Shown here piece after piece: positions 1 to 12,834 of a stretch of 64,000 nucleotides of DNA. Made by a program: the position numbers and the translations under genes. The stretch's first letter is position 1; every line of letters begins with the position of its first letter. Origin of the DNA: Eledone cirrhosa (taxonomy: Eukaryota); contig OZ024747.1 in assembly GCA_964016885.1 (NCBI GenBank), positions 28,334,001 to 28,398,000 of the forward strand, given 5' to 3'. A model generated the notes under the pieces. The model had not been told where the DNA came from. It did not search any database and saw only the letters and a list, made by a program, of their open reading frames with translations.

Positions 1-2451
1 GCCAGACTTGTTCGGAGGCCTCTTGGCGGACGTCTACTGCAACTGGCAACAGAATGGGAGAATTCCCAGCTCTGTGAGCCGAGGAGCTGTGGCGCTGCTG
101 AGAAAGGATCCGAACAAGGGGGATAACATAGATAATTTCAGGCCCATAACTCTGTTAAACACAGAGTTCAAGATTTTGGCCAAGGTGCTAGCAAAGAGGT
201 TGGCGCTTGTTGTTGGTGGTCTGGTGGGAGAGGCGCAGACATGCACCATTCCCGACAGATCCATCCACGACAACCTCCACCTCATGCGATACATCGTAGA
301 GAGGGTAGCTAGGGAACCTGGCACGGGTGAGTCCTTGATCAATTTAGATCAGTCGAAAGCTTTCGATAGGGTCAACCATCGTTACCTAGCGGCAGTCCTG
401 AGGGCGGCTGGCTTTGGGCCCGTCTTCAGAGGCTGGATCGCTGCCATGCACAGCGACATCTGCTCTGTGGTGAGAGTGAACGGTCACCTTTCGGAACCGT
501 TCAACATCATGCGCTCGGTCCGCCAAGGATGTCCCCTCTCGTCCCTCTTGTACGTATTGACTCTTGAGCCATTACTGCACAAACTGGAGACGTTGAGGGG
601 GGGGGGTCCCGCGCGAACTAGGATGCAGAAGATCCATGTCAGCATATGCGGACGATGTCACCGTAGTGGTGTCGAACGCCAAACACATCGAGGCGATCGG
701 CACTACTCTAAGAGAATACGAAGCGGTGATCAACCAGGAAAAGTCAGTGGGCCTGCAGCTCGGCTCCTGGAGAGGCAGGTCCATGCCGTCCAACAGCGTC
801 GTCGGGCGCTGGACGGACGGACCGGTTAAATTGCTAGGGGTCTGGTTTGGTCCGGACCTCCAGACGGACAAAAACTGGGACGAGGTGACGAGCAGGGTGG
901 CTTCTCTCACCCAGAAATGGGCAGAGAGGAAGCTATCCCTGAAAGGTCGAGCGGAGGTGGCTAACGCGTACATCGCATCCGTCATCTACTACCGCCTGAC
1001 CGTCGTACCTTGTCCTAAGCCCCGTCTGACTGTGCTGGAGCGTTTGCTCTTTCGCTTTTTGTGGAAGGGATGCGCTCCGATGGTAAGGCGGTCTATCTGT
1101 TGTCAACACCCGCTATGTAGAGGGCTGGGCATGCCGTGGCTGATGATGCGCAGACACGTGCTCAGGCTACGACATCTCCATCTCTTCCTCGACGGTGATC
1201 AGGTGTGGTCGCCGTTTGCTAGACACGTCTTTCCCCAGCTCGTCTCCTTGACGGAGCTGCAGTCCTGGGTCAAGCGAAGACCGAGTGGGAGCGCTTGGAG
1301 ACTGGAATGTCTTCAGGCGCTCACAGCCCTCGACCAATCGGGCAATGTGATCGGTGGAAACTCCACCTTGGCGTTCTATAGAGGATTAGTGGAGGGGAAG
1401 AGCGTTCAACATCATGCGCTCGGTCTTGGGGAAACTAGGCGTCGACGAAAATCAACTAGCCAATCTCTTCGGAAGGACTTTCGGGCCGGGGCCTATGGAC
1501 AACTTCCAGAAATCCCTGGCCTGGCAGTGCTACCGTGGAGCTTTGCCAGTTCGGGATAAACTCTACAGGTATGGAGGTGCCATCAGCCGGGCATGTCCGA
1601 GATGCGCGCAGGGCGACGAAACCGTCCTGCATGCACTCGTCCAGTGTCTGAGCATTGCTGACTTGTGGGTTTATGTCGAACACCTGCTGTCACGTGTAGG
1701 ACGGATCCAGCTATCAGCTGAGTCCATCGTGAGGATTGCCCGCCCCCTTCCTTTAGCCGGGAAGGGCAGGCAGTTTTTATCTGTCTGGTGGTCAATTGCG
1801 AAAGAGATGGTGGACACGTTTGAAAGGGCTGAAGACGAGCACTTACCTCTTCAGTGATGCCCTGATTAACTTTTTCAAATTTCATTTGAAAAGGAAAATC
1901 AGGGTAAAGAGGGAAGTGCTCTCTTCCCAGCATTTTGTTGAAAGATGGGTGATAGAAGCAAGTATGGCCCGAGTGAATGGGCCTACTCTGAGTATGTGTC
2001 TGTAAATTAAAGGTGGAAAACTGGGAGAGGGCACTTGCCCTGGTGGTCAGGGTCACTGTGGCCTTTTAATGGGCTTTCTCCACAAATGTCCCTTGGAAGT
2101 CTCCCCCCTATTGGGGAATTTTTCATTGTTATATTTTTATTACATCCTCTGTTTTTTTTTACACGCAGAAATGCCCATTTGTACCATCCTGTATTGTCCT
2201 GTACTGTCCTTAATGTCTACTTTATGTAAACCCTTGTGGTTAATAAAGAAAGCATTATTATTATTATTATTAATGGGCTTTCTCCACAAATGTCCCTTGG
2301 AAGTCTCCCCCCTATTGGGGAATTTTTCTTTGTTATTTTATTTCAACCTCTGTTTTTTTACACGCAGAAATGCCCATTTGTACCGTCCTGTATTGTCCTG
2401 TACTGTCCTTAATGTCTACTTTATGTGAACCCTTGTGGTTAATAAAGAAAA

Positions 2452-2507
<56 letters not shown>
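1..2507 (+). mobile_element. Tx1/L1-clade non-LTR retrotransposon, 3' portion (RT, zinc knuckle, 3'UTR, (TTA)n tail), frameshifted
   Basis: ORF pieces 8-829 (FRPITLLN, LDQSKAFDRV, VRQGCPLS), 636-1559 (AYADD), 1414-1857 (CPRC-x8-H-x4-C knuckle) and 1796-2005. Frameshifts at the poly-G near 597-607, near 1410 and near 1810. AATAAA precedes the (TTA)n tails. Confidence 0.9.
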
Positions 2508-2509
<2 letters not shown>

Positions 2510-2762
2510 CACACACACACAGACACACAAGCATGCACACACACACACACGCACACATATATATATTGAGATGTGCATTAGCAGCTGTAGTTTATGATAA
2601 AGTTATATCTGTATAAATACAGAGTGTGTAACCGAGACTGCACCAACTTGTATAGATACATATACATATCTAATATGGAGGCATGTAAACATACCAGAAA
2701 ATACGAATTTCCCTGTAAATTGAAAAATAATAAACACGTTTAATCAATTTTGGTTGATATAC

Positions 2763-2811
2763 ATGCCTTTTGATGAGGGTCCAATTAGATCCGAAAATCG
2801 ATTAAAGGTGT
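2763..2811 (+). ncRNA. Minimal type I hammerhead ribozyme motif (U3 variant)
   Basis: atgcctt-UUGAUGA-gggtc/caatta/gatcc-GAAA-atcgat-UA-aaggtgt; palindromic stem III. Confidence 0.7.
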
Positions 2812-3154
2812 TTATATATATATAAAGTGTTATATTGTTTTAATCAAAATGAAAATAAAAATTATATGTTGTTACTTCCAGGATCAAATACTATTACCAT
2901 GTGAAATTTGATTTGATTTGGTCAAGCATGTTTTGGAATGCATAAGGAAAAGACTGACTGACAGACAGAGAGACAAAGAATTTATATATATATATATATA
3001 TATATAAATTTTGAGTATATGTTGGTTGTTTACCGACACCTCAGTATGCAGATTGGAGCACTCGACGAAGTATGCAGGTTGGTTTGGTTACTCCAGAGTA
3101 ATGTAAAATAATTAAGTCAAATATTTAAAATTTGGCTTCGTTTATTAAAGATGT

Positions 3155-3209
3155 ACTGCTATATATATTTCGGTGACAGCCATCATTGGCTGTGACCTCT
3201 TCAGGCAGC
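3155..3209 (-). ncRNA. Type I hammerhead ribozyme motif in inverted pLTR
   Basis: Minus strand: gctgc-CUGAAGA-ggtcacagcca/atga/tggctgtcacc-GAAA-tatata-UA-gcagt. Confidence 0.8.
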
Positions 3210-3914
3210 CTGAATTGGTGTGGTAGAGAACATTCCTCAGTCATAAGTCTATAGAAATTTTTCTGAGGCAAGACAATCTGTTGTGGTTGTTTTTGTTAAG
3301 TACAGATGACCTCCTCTCTTGTGTTGGTAGTGGTAGTGGTGTTAAGGCGTCAGCTGGCAGGTCAGCTTTAGTTTGCAGCTGCTATGTTCAGAAGAATTTG
3401 TGTGTGTGGGTTGGCATCTATCCTGCCACCATTTCACGTGGTGGGGGGTGCCAAACAGATAAAGAAATAAGATAAAGGAAAATGGAGAAATAAAAAAAAA
3501 AAGATAAAATAAAATGAAGAAATAAAGAAATAAAAGAATAAAATAAAATAAAATGCATGTATGTTACAACCAATATCAAAGTTTGAAAGATTTGGAAAAT
3601 ATTGACTGAGGTAAAAAGGCTGTGTGTCAGAATCGAGACATGCAAAGGATTACAATCCTTACAGCATCATGGAGTGGTGCGTTTTAAGAGCAAATGAGAC
3701 AAGAGTGGAGTGTAAAACACCAGAACCTGAGTGTCAAAATCCGGAAATACAGAGGACTACAGTGCTTATTTCGGCATAGAATACATATGCGTGTATGTCA
3801 ACGCATATCATTGCAAGCACACATGCACAAACACAGGCTCAGGTGCATCCCATATGCACACATATACACACACATACACATGCACACACACATACATTAT
3901 ACACACACACACCC

Positions 3915-3949
<35 letters not shown>

Positions 3950-5626
3950 AGTATGTATACGTACATACATATATGTATACAGACATACAGTAGTATGTAT
4001 ATATACATACATGCACACATATATATATATGTACGTATGGATTTACCGAACATTTATTATAATGCTCAGTTTGTTTGTAAACAAACATCCCAAATTAAGC
4101 CGTACAGTGTTTAGCAGCCATCGTTGCCCTTTTGTTCAACACTGACAAAGGAACGATGTACTAATTTCAAGCTTATTAGCTATTGTCAACACCGTATATT
4201 TTCCTGCCAGATGATTGAACGTCTGAAACGTTGCTCGGTGTGGCGGGGCTACTGCCCCTATAGCTTGAGGGAAGTTCCCATCCCAATGTGTTGTTATTGT
4301 CCATATAGCTTGAGGAAGGTCCCAGCCCTGAGGTGTCTACATGTCCCGAAGAAGTCAGTCCTGAGGTTTATCAGGCTGCTTCCACCGCTGAGTATCTCGA
4401 GGGTCTCACTCAGGCATAGTTTGCAGATGCCAGATCCCCTTTATCAGGTGGTACTTTCCTGATTTTATACCAGGCCAGAGAGTACGGGGTCCTGTCCAGC
4501 TTCAGCTTCCAGATCAGTTCAGAAAGAGCCGTATTCTACCACGCGAAATGTGGCCCAGCACATAGCTAGCATCAATAGGGGCAGACTTAAAAACCACACA
4601 CAACCAGAAGCTGGCAATATAAGCACCCAGCAGAACCATGTGGAGTGAAGGAAGGGTGGACCCAGTACCCACCCTGGAAATCCAAACAGATCCAAGGACC
4701 CCCCACTGGGCCCGGGGGAGGACCACCATATAATATGCAATGGGAACCCCACATTAAGCACTCGGAGGTCGACCACCTCCTACAATTGCAGAAACCCCGC
4801 ATTATGCCCCCTTAGTAATGAATGCCTAAGGAAGAACTTAATATATGGATGTAGAGTAAAAACCCCCAACTCTGAACACCTTTACATAGGAGCCACATCA
4901 ATGAGCTAAGACCGATAGTATAACCATCGCCATTCCTTTAATAGGGAGGACAAAAGGAAAAGTACGGCTTTTGACACTCAGATTGTCTCATTTGCTCTTA
5001 AAACGCACCACCCCATGATAGTGTAAGGATTGTAATCCTTTGCACGTCTCGATTCTGACACACAGCCTTTCTACCTCAGTCAATATTTTCCAAATCTTTC
5101 AAACTTTGATATGCATTTTATTTTATTTTATTCTTTTATTTCTTTATTTCTTCATTTTATTTTATCTTATTTTTTATTTTTTTATTTCTTCATTTTGCTT
5201 TATCTTATTTCTTTATCTGTTTGGCACCCCACACCAAGTGAAATGGTGGCAGGATAGATGCCAACCCACACACACAAATTCTTCTGAACATAGCAGCAGC
5301 AAACTAAAGCTGACCTGCCAGCTGACGCCTTAACACCACTACCACTACCAACACAAGAGAGGAGGTCATCTGTACTTAACAAAAACAACCACAACAGATT
5401 GTCTTGCCTCAGAAAAATTTCTATAGACTTATGACTGAGGAATGTTCTCACAACTGACCAATGGGAGGAGAGAGTGTCCTATGATGCCGAAATTCGTTTG
5501 TTCGAATTCATATGATTCCAGTTCCTCAGAGAAATAACAACCCAACCAGGAGCTGGACATATCGGAGTATTAACGGAGTAAAACAGTTCAACAACATGTG
5601 TACCTGTCTCTACCACACCAATTCGG

Positions 5627-5681
5627 ACTGCCTGAAGAGGTCACAGCCAATAATGGCTGTCACCGAAATATATATACCAGT
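5627..5681 (+). ncRNA. Type I hammerhead ribozyme motif in pLTR
   Basis: actgc-CUGAAGA-ggtcacagcca/ataa/tggctgtcacc-GAAA-tatata-UA-ccagt; one stem I mismatch relative to the 3155 copy. Confidence 0.75.
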
Positions 5682-5749
5682 ACATCTTTAATAAACGAAG
5701 CCAAATTTTAAATATTTGACTTAATTATTTTATATATATATATATATTT

Positions 5750-6283
5750 ATAGGGCGATCAAGGTTGATGAATGCTACGGAGAAGGTAAATCCAGAAAAA
5801 CCTGAGACGGCATGATAAAATCTGACCTTGCACACTTACACCTCTCTATGTCACTGGATCGAGACCTTTGGCACTACGCAGTAATACAGAAGACCTGCCT
5901 TCCCTTACGTACGAAGTTAAACTTACAATCAGTAGGCACCTCTTAACCAAATATACACCCCACTCCACTACCCCTACTCCATCCTCCCACTTCCACCCAC
6001 ACCACCCTTTCTCTGCAAAGTTATGTTGGTACCACACAACATCCAGTCCTCACTAAAGTGGTCGTGTAGGTGTCATGACAAAAAGCACCCAGTCGATGCT
6101 GTAAAGTGGTTGTGTAGGAGACACAGCAAAAAGGCTGCTTGTCTACACTGTAAATGTGGTTGGTATTAGGAAGGGCATCCAGCTGTAGAAAACCTGCCAG
6201 ATACAGTCCTATACAAGTGAGACAAGGTCACCTCAAGTGGGACAATCGCCGTCTAACCCATGCTAGCGTGGAAGATAGACATG
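5750..6283 (+). mobile_element. 5'-truncated RTE LINE copy (ORF end plus 3'UTR)
   Basis: Homologous to 35015-35510 (agaaaaacctg..., tcactggatcgagacctttgg, gaagggcatccagctgtagaaaacctgcc). Confidence 0.8.
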
Positions 6284-6430
6284 GCTGAATACAATAAATG
6301 TAATCTGAGTTTTTCGAATATTAATAATAAGATTTGATTCGTTTGCAATTATGCAAACAAGCCTCATTTTTAAAGCCATGTTAGTAGAATAAACCCTTCA
6401 TTCTTGCTCTTGTGTTGGCATGTAAACAGA

Positions 6431-6476
6431 ACTGCAGACACTAATGTTTCTGGGTATTACCCTTCATCAGTACAGC
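6431..6476 (-). ncRNA. Type I hammerhead ribozyme motif
   Basis: Minus strand: gctgta-CUGAUGA-agggta/a/taccca-GAAA-cattagtg-UC-tgcagt; GUC cleavage triplet. Confidence 0.8.
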
Positions 6477-7039
6477 TCACTGTTCACCTGCCAACTGTCA
6501 GAGCTAGTGAAAATATATACTATTTTCTAAAATATACAGTGACTGATCGGTTTGATTTGCATATTAGCAGACTGGCTGATTGTCAGATCTGCATATTAGC
6601 AGATTCACTGATCAGCCAGATTTGCATATCAGGAGACTGGCCAGTCAGTTTCCTGTATATGAGCGATAAAAGAACCCTTCATTCTTGCTCTTGTGCAAAT
6701 TAAAATGGAGATGGAGGGTTTGTGTTTCTGTTTTGGTTTGTCTCGCATCTCAATTTTACTTTTGAAAAGAACTGTGAAGCCGGTAAAGTAAATAAATATT
6801 CTTAAAAGACTCCAGTTGCATTTTCAATTTCTTTTCCTTATACTTTCACTCATGTAGGACATCTTGTTTTTTTGTTTATATATTTTTTTTTTAAAACCCT
6901 CATTTTCTTATCATCATCATCATTATCATTTTACGTCCGCTTTTCCTTGCTTTATTTCTCTCCAGCCTTTGCATATCCTCTGCAGTTTCTGCCCATGTCT
7001 CACTACCATGCAGCATCACGCATCTCACACAGGCATCAT

Positions 7040-7490
7040 ATAACTAACCTTTCGTTTGTAAGGAGAAACCCTTCTTTGTCAACAGAGGAAGCAGCTCCAT
7101 AAACTTCTTCCAACCCATCCTTATTCTAGATACTATGGCCTCTGAGCCACCTCCTCCCTTGTTAATCTGATCACCTAGGTATTGGAAGCTATCAACCACA
7201 TCTATAGATCCTACTTGCAATGGAAAAATGTGTCTATCACTGCCACTACTACTATCAAATTTCCCTAACATCTACTGCATATGTAATTTTCCCTACCTGT
7301 TAGTTTGCCTGCTATCCCACTACACCTCTTGTGTACCCAAGATCTGCATTATCTACATTCTATAGAATTTATGCCAACTCCTTTTCTACATATCGAACAT
7401 ATGCCATTTCCCTGATGGAATCAGAGTTTTGTCCTCTTTCCTACTTATCAACACTTTAGTCTTAGCTAGGTTTACTCTCAGTCCTCTTGA
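7040..7490 (-). pseudogene. Degenerate RTE LINE ORF fragment (PHD/thumb region)
   Basis: ORF 7044-7271 (VVDSFQYLGDQINKGGGGSEAIVSRIRMGWKKFMELLPLL) matches the C-terminus of the RTE at 32055. Confidence 0.8.
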
Positions 7491-8885
7491 TATATATAGA
7501 TATATATATTATTTTAGATTTAGTTCTGTTGTGTCACATGATTGTCTGACAAACAATTGTTGACATTTCTTTTCAAGGAAATGAGAAGTGGATGAGATAG
7601 GAACAATGGCACCACTTGAACTCAGCACTGCAAATAAACAAAACGCTCAACAATTTTGAAGTAGATCCAGTTGTTATAGATATGAATTACATACCACTTT
7701 AAGGTACTAATCAAAACCTGTGGGCCCGTCTTTTTGTTATTGATATGGTAGTAGAAGACCGTCAACAGTTCAGTTTGTCCAGTGTGATTTTTAATCTCCC
7801 TATTTTCTGTTGTTAATCATTAGAAAGATAGAAGTTATATTTTCAAAATATCCACCATCATCATCAATGTTTAACATTTATTTTCCATGCTTGCATTGGT
7901 TAGACAGGTTGTCACACTCTGATGACTATGTCTAGGTCATATATTACATTTTTGCATGCTTTTTACGGTTGGATGCCTTTCCTAACACAAACCATTTTAT
8001 AGCTTGTGTGAAAGCATTTTATCGCAGTCTCTGCATTACCACTTTACAGTGTCAACTGGGAGTATTTTATAATGATACCTATTGTCACTTTACAGAGTGG
8101 GTCTAGATTCATTTTATTGAAGCAACAGCGCTATCTCATTACAATGCTAGGGTCCTAGTTGTTTCCTCTGCCGGGCTGGGTAGGCAGAGATAGAAGTGGT
8201 GGAGTGTAAGATGATAGTCTGATGGTAAGAAAGCTACATTTTGCTTGCTGGGGGGAAGGGTTATTGCACAGTGGGACAGCAAGTGCTAATTTGTAGGGTT
8301 GACCTTGAAAAGAATGTGTGACATTTGGCAGTATATTGTGGGGCATGCCTAGCGTTCCATGCTGGCCTAGGCTGGTTGAGGAAAGTGAATTGGGGATGTT
8401 GTTGGGCAGGGGAGCACATTGCGGGTGGAGGTGCATCCATCTTTCCATACTGGTATGGGTTGGATGATAAAGGGTGTGAGTAGGGGAGGACTAAACTGAT
8501 GGAAGCCTAAAAGGTGAAGGTGGACTAGATGGTGCAGGGGGATTAAGGTGGAAAAAACAGACTGGTGAGTAAGGTTGGGAGCATACTGGCAGACGGAGAC
8601 CTCACTACCTCTTCACTTACCATCCTTGGCACCTTCAACAATATATGTACACAGGTTTGAATCTAACCAAAGATAAGGTAATCTTTATATTCAATATTGA
8701 CCTCTAAATGTCAATCAAATGTTTACAGATATCTTCTGGGATAAGAAATTAAAAATAGCAAGATTGGCAATGAAAAATAATTTTTATCTGATGTGAGTCT
8801 TATTCTTAGACAGCCCACTTGACTCTATTTATGCTTTATCTCTTAACATCCTGTAATGATTTAACAGAAAATGTATAAAAACAGG

Positions 8886-8907
8886 TTTATTAATTCAAAT
8901 GTTTATT
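8886..8907 (-). promoter_or_regulatory. Putative polyadenylation signals of cathepsin gene A
   Basis: Two AATAAA hexamers on the minus strand (8886-8891, 8902-8907), about 325-345 nt after the stop codon. Confidence 0.5.
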
Positions 8908-9230
8908 GTATATTTACTAGTCAACAGATTATTGTGAAAAATTTGCAGTAAACTAAAGTAAAAAAAATTAGTTTTTAATTTGTTCAAGAATATATCGCTA
9001 ATGCAGTTACCTGAGGAACAGGACATTAAGAGTTAATCCCAGTCCTGTTTCACTACTCAGCTACCAAATATGTGGAAGATGTTTCACAAAGGTGAAAGAA
9101 AGCCTATAAAAAAATATTCTTTTTTTTTCTCATGGGGTGTGTATCTTAGTGAAACTTCATAAATATGAGTTTTAGTTAAAACAAAATCTAAATTCCTGGT
9201 AGGAATACTACACATATTCTGTCTGTCTCT

Positions 9231-9362
<132 letters not shown>

Positions 9363-9689
9363 CTAGCATATATTAACATACATTAGTATGCATTAACATA
9401 CATTTGTATACATTAACATAGTCTGTATACATTAACATACATTAACATACATTAACAAGCAACAAAGGTAACTTTTAAAAAGTCTTCAATAAACTTTTAT
9501 AATGTGGTTTCTAGTATAGATTGAAGTTCATTCTTTTTGGTGAGAAGGGGATTCTAGTTGAATATATTGGTTGCTTCAATATTTTATAAAGTTACATGAC
9601 CCAACACCAATACAGAGAACCATATAGCGGAAACATATCAAGTTACATCAAAGAACTGATCACAACAGATTGTGATCAGCCATTTAATG

Positions 9690-9860
9690 AAATTTAATGA
9701 GTCCTTAATGCACACTACTTCTCAAATAATTGACAGTGACTTAATAATCATTGCAGCTGACTTTAATGGGTATGTTAGGCAACACTGTGATAGCTTCAAA
9801 AGGATCACAGGGGTTATGGGTTTGGTTCTAGGAAGGTTTCAGACACCTGGAATTCTGTGA
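9690..9860 (+). pseudogene. RTE endonuclease fragment
   Basis: HTTSQIIDSDLIIIAADFNGYVRQHCD matches the RTE APE domain at about 32510-32600. Confidence 0.7.
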
Positions 9861-10052
9861 GGTCTTAAAGTTAATTTGTCACTCAGGAGAGTGCAGGAAC
9901 ATATGTAAGAAAGATGTAGTCCCCCAGCTCATCTAAGAGGTCAGTAACTCTGGTTGAATATTGACCCAGTCTTTGAAAGCCAATCTAACTCTTTCCAGCA
10001 GAGAAGAAAGACATAAAATGATGATGATATTCATAATAATATATGTATATGC

Positions 10053-10129
<77 letters not shown>

Positions 10130-10560
10130 TAAAATGACAGGAGGCTGGTGGACTGGTGTAATTCCTTAAAGATTTATGATACTATGAACATTTCAATGAC
10201 TGGGTTCATTATGAATCGGGTGACATTATGAATTGGGCATTTCTCTCTGCTTTTCAGGCCCTTGGATTGTGTGTATTATTATATTCCTTTGTTGGATTAA
10301 TTTCAGAATACCTGATGATATCACCGGATTCATAATGAACCCGGTCATTGAAATGTTCATAGTATAATAAACCTTTAAGGAATTACACCAGTCCAACCCA
10401 CTGTCATTTTAAAATAATTAACTCCGTACTCGCACCACCAACAACACAAATGAAGACGGGTGAGTTGCATTACGTCGAGTGCTCTCCCTAATATTACATC
10501 AAGGTTGACTATACGGAATGACCAGTTCTATCCAATGGTGAACTAACAAACATAAATGAG
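10130..10560 (+). mobile_element. Non-coding PLE/retrozyme-like element with 5' inverted partial copy, inserted in (TA)n
   Basis: 10130-10225 is the reverse complement of about 10320-10415; contains the hammerhead at 10308; TA tracts on both sides. Confidence 0.7.
10308..10365 (+). ncRNA. Type I hammerhead ribozyme motif
   Basis: atac-CUGAUGA-tatcaccgg attcat/a/atgaac ccggtcatt-GAAA-tgttca-UA-gtat. Confidence 0.75.
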
Positions 10561-10663
10561 TATATATATATATATATATATATATTTTAATAATTTATAA
10601 AAATGTTTCAGAGAAGAATTAGGATTTAGAGAGAAGTCAATAAATAAATCAACATCAACACAC

Positions 10664-10935
10664 CTGTTTTTTACCAGCCAATAGTCCTTTCCATCTTCAG
10701 TTCCATAACCAACGACCAACACACCATGGTTAAGGGCTCTAGAACTACATCTATCATCCTGGTAAACACCATGTTTGTACAGCATGAATGATGTGAGACT
10801 AGCATCAATAGCGACAGAAATCGGTCCAATTTTGGCAACTACACTTTGCAAGGAGTCTTCACGCATAGATTTCACATCAACAAAACCTGTGACTGTAGCT
10901 GCAACATCACTCTTCTTAAATCGGCATACATTGGT
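10664..10935 (-). CDS. CTSL: Cathepsin L-like gene A, coding exon 6 (catalytic His and Asn)
   Basis: [21 protein letters not shown]...[10 protein letters not shown]...LNHGVLVVGYGTEDGKDYWLVKN; AG/GT boundaries. Confidence 0.95.
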
Positions 10936-11048
10936 CTATAGTTGAGTAAAATGAAAAAATATCTTGTCAATACTGTGTGTGAATGTGAGAGGTAGGAAGG
11001 AAGATATCAAAGTGCTTGTCACATGAATTTATGCTTTATTAAAATGCT

Positions 11049-11085
<37 letters not shown>

Positions 11086-11316
11086 AATTTGAGTATAAAA
11101 GATTGAGTACGTGTAGTTCTAAACAAATTGATTTAATTTTATAATATATTATAAAATTAAATCAATTTGTTTAGAATTACAAGTGAAGTCATTCTTTTCC
11201 TTTATTTCAAATATATATATATATATATATAACACGTGATTTCGCCCACTCTGGCCCGTGTGTCTATTTGCAATCTCTCTAGCCATGAGGTTAGATGTGC
11301 AGTGTTCAGTTTTCAC

Positions 11317-11396
11317 ATTTTGCTGACTGATGATCCATGTGGACTGATACTACACATATAAGTGGTGAAACGAAGCTAGGTTCGTATCAGCAAAAT
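11317..11396 (+). ncRNA. Type I hammerhead ribozyme motif with 10-bp stem I
   Basis: attttgctga-CUGAUGA-tccat...gtggt-GAAA-cgaa/gctagg/ttcg-UA-tcagcaaaat. Confidence 0.85.
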
Positions 11397-11639
11397 ATAG
11401 TTATAAGGTTTGTGATTTAAAATTCCAATCCAGAGATTTGATTCTGATCTGATTTTTTTCTATGTAATTGCTAACCTGTAGATATTGTTCCCTATACAGT
11501 AACGGTAAAATCACTTGTAATAATTCTTTACACACATCTCATTGTGTAACACATTTCTCTTTGTGTAATATATACTTATATATATATATATATAACTTCC
11601 TTACATACATATATATGTGTATGTATGTATGTTTGCGTT

Positions 11640-11950
11640 GTACTTTGCTATGATTTTCTTGATGGATTTTGAAGGTTGCTCACATGAGGTCTACATTAGA
11701 TATCGAACAACAGGTAAAATGTTCAATGTTAGAAAGTTTGCTGCCAGAATGAAGATATTTACATCGCTGATATGTGAATTCTTATATGCTGACGACTTGT
11801 TGCTCATTCCGAGAGTGACATGCAACATTTCATGAATTCTTTTTCGAAAGCCTGCAGTGCATTGGTCCTAACTGTCTGAAAAAAATTGTGGTGATGCACC
11901 AACCTGCACCAAACAAAGCTTATTCTATGCCAAACATATATGTCTATGGC
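11640..11950 (+). pseudogene. Degenerate RTE/BovB-like RT fragment
   Basis: VYIRYRTTGKMFNVRKF...EFLYAD(D); stops and frameshifts. Confidence 0.7.
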
Positions 11951-12188
11951 TAGAGATTTCTTTCATGTCAATTTGCTAAAAATCTATTATAACTATAATA
12001 AAATATCTGTTCTTGTATGGATGCACTGAAGTGATAAGTTTTATTATACTGCTTTTAAAACTGCTTCTGCTTATGCCTTTCTGTTGCTTTTGAATGTACT
12101 CACATTTTTTTTATATAATATAAGTTTAATCTGTAATATGAAATTACTTTTGGCATGTTTTTATGTTGATGCTTATAGCAATATTTAA

Positions 12189-12275
12189 ATTCCTGAAGAT
12201 ATGTAGACTGGTGGACAAATAACCAATGTATATTGAGGTATCACCCACTGTCATACATTGAAACGTTTGTAGAAT
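12189..12275 (+). ncRNA. Type I hammerhead ribozyme motif with extended stem II
   Basis: attc-CUGAAGA-tatgtagactggtgg...ccactgtcatacatt-GAAA-cgtttg-UA-gaat. Confidence 0.75.
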
Positions 12276-12489
12276 AAAATTATGTTATAAATCCAAATTG
12301 GTTATTTGCTCTCAATTTATTAAATTTTGAGCACTGCAGTCTGTGCCATAACAGTCTATAGCAGAATCTACTGGGGCTAAAAACTCCCTCAGCCTTTTTC
12401 GGTTACTGCTGGACCAATGGTATTGATTAGCATAGAGCTTCTATAATCTTTACCAGGATGTATTTTGGTAAACTCCAATATAACAAAAT

Positions 12490-12795
12490 ATGTGTATAGA
12501 TAGTCCTATATGAGCGAGACACGGTCACCCGACCAATCTTGCCTCAAGTGGGACAACTCCCATCTAACCCATGCTAGCGTGGAAGATAGACGATGATGAT
12601 AATGATGATGATGATGATGATGATGATATATATATATATATGAATGCCAAATACAAAAAATAACAGTGTATAGATAGTCCTATACGAGCGAGACATGGTC
12701 ACCCGACCAATCTTGCCTCAAGTGGGACAACTCCTGTCTAACCCATGCTAGCGTGGAAGATAGACGTCAAATGATGATGATGATGATGATGATAT
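12490..12795 (+). repeat. Two tandem RTE-type 3' tails ending in (GAT)n
   Basis: About 12490-12628 and 12667-12793 are near-identical and match the RTE 3' end at 35420-35535. Confidence 0.8.
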
Positions 12796-12834
12796 ACCCG
12801 CCCATCCCCTCAATCTATCTTATTTCTCATTCTT

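Larger units (their letters stand above)
3005..5735 (+). mobile_element. Penelope-like element (PLE) remnant with inverted pseudo-LTRs and decayed GIY-YIG endonuclease
   Basis: 3105-3745 is the reverse complement of 4970-5735 (lacking about 5450-5608). 4775-4970 translates YNCRNPALCPLSNECLRKNLIYGCRVKTPNSEHLYIGATS. A hammerhead lies in each repeat and (TA)n flanks both sides. Confidence 0.8.

Noticed and set aside
5430-5516. Possible second hammerhead (CUGAGGA...GAAAttcg/cgaa) in the pLTR
   Set aside because: Stem I register is off by one and stem II is unconvincing; left uncalled.
7919-7945. Isolated CTGATGA matches (also 21345, 21623, 44222 minus, 44873, 57374)
   Set aside because: No correctly placed GAAA/UH and stems; chance matches, one inside a cathepsin exon.
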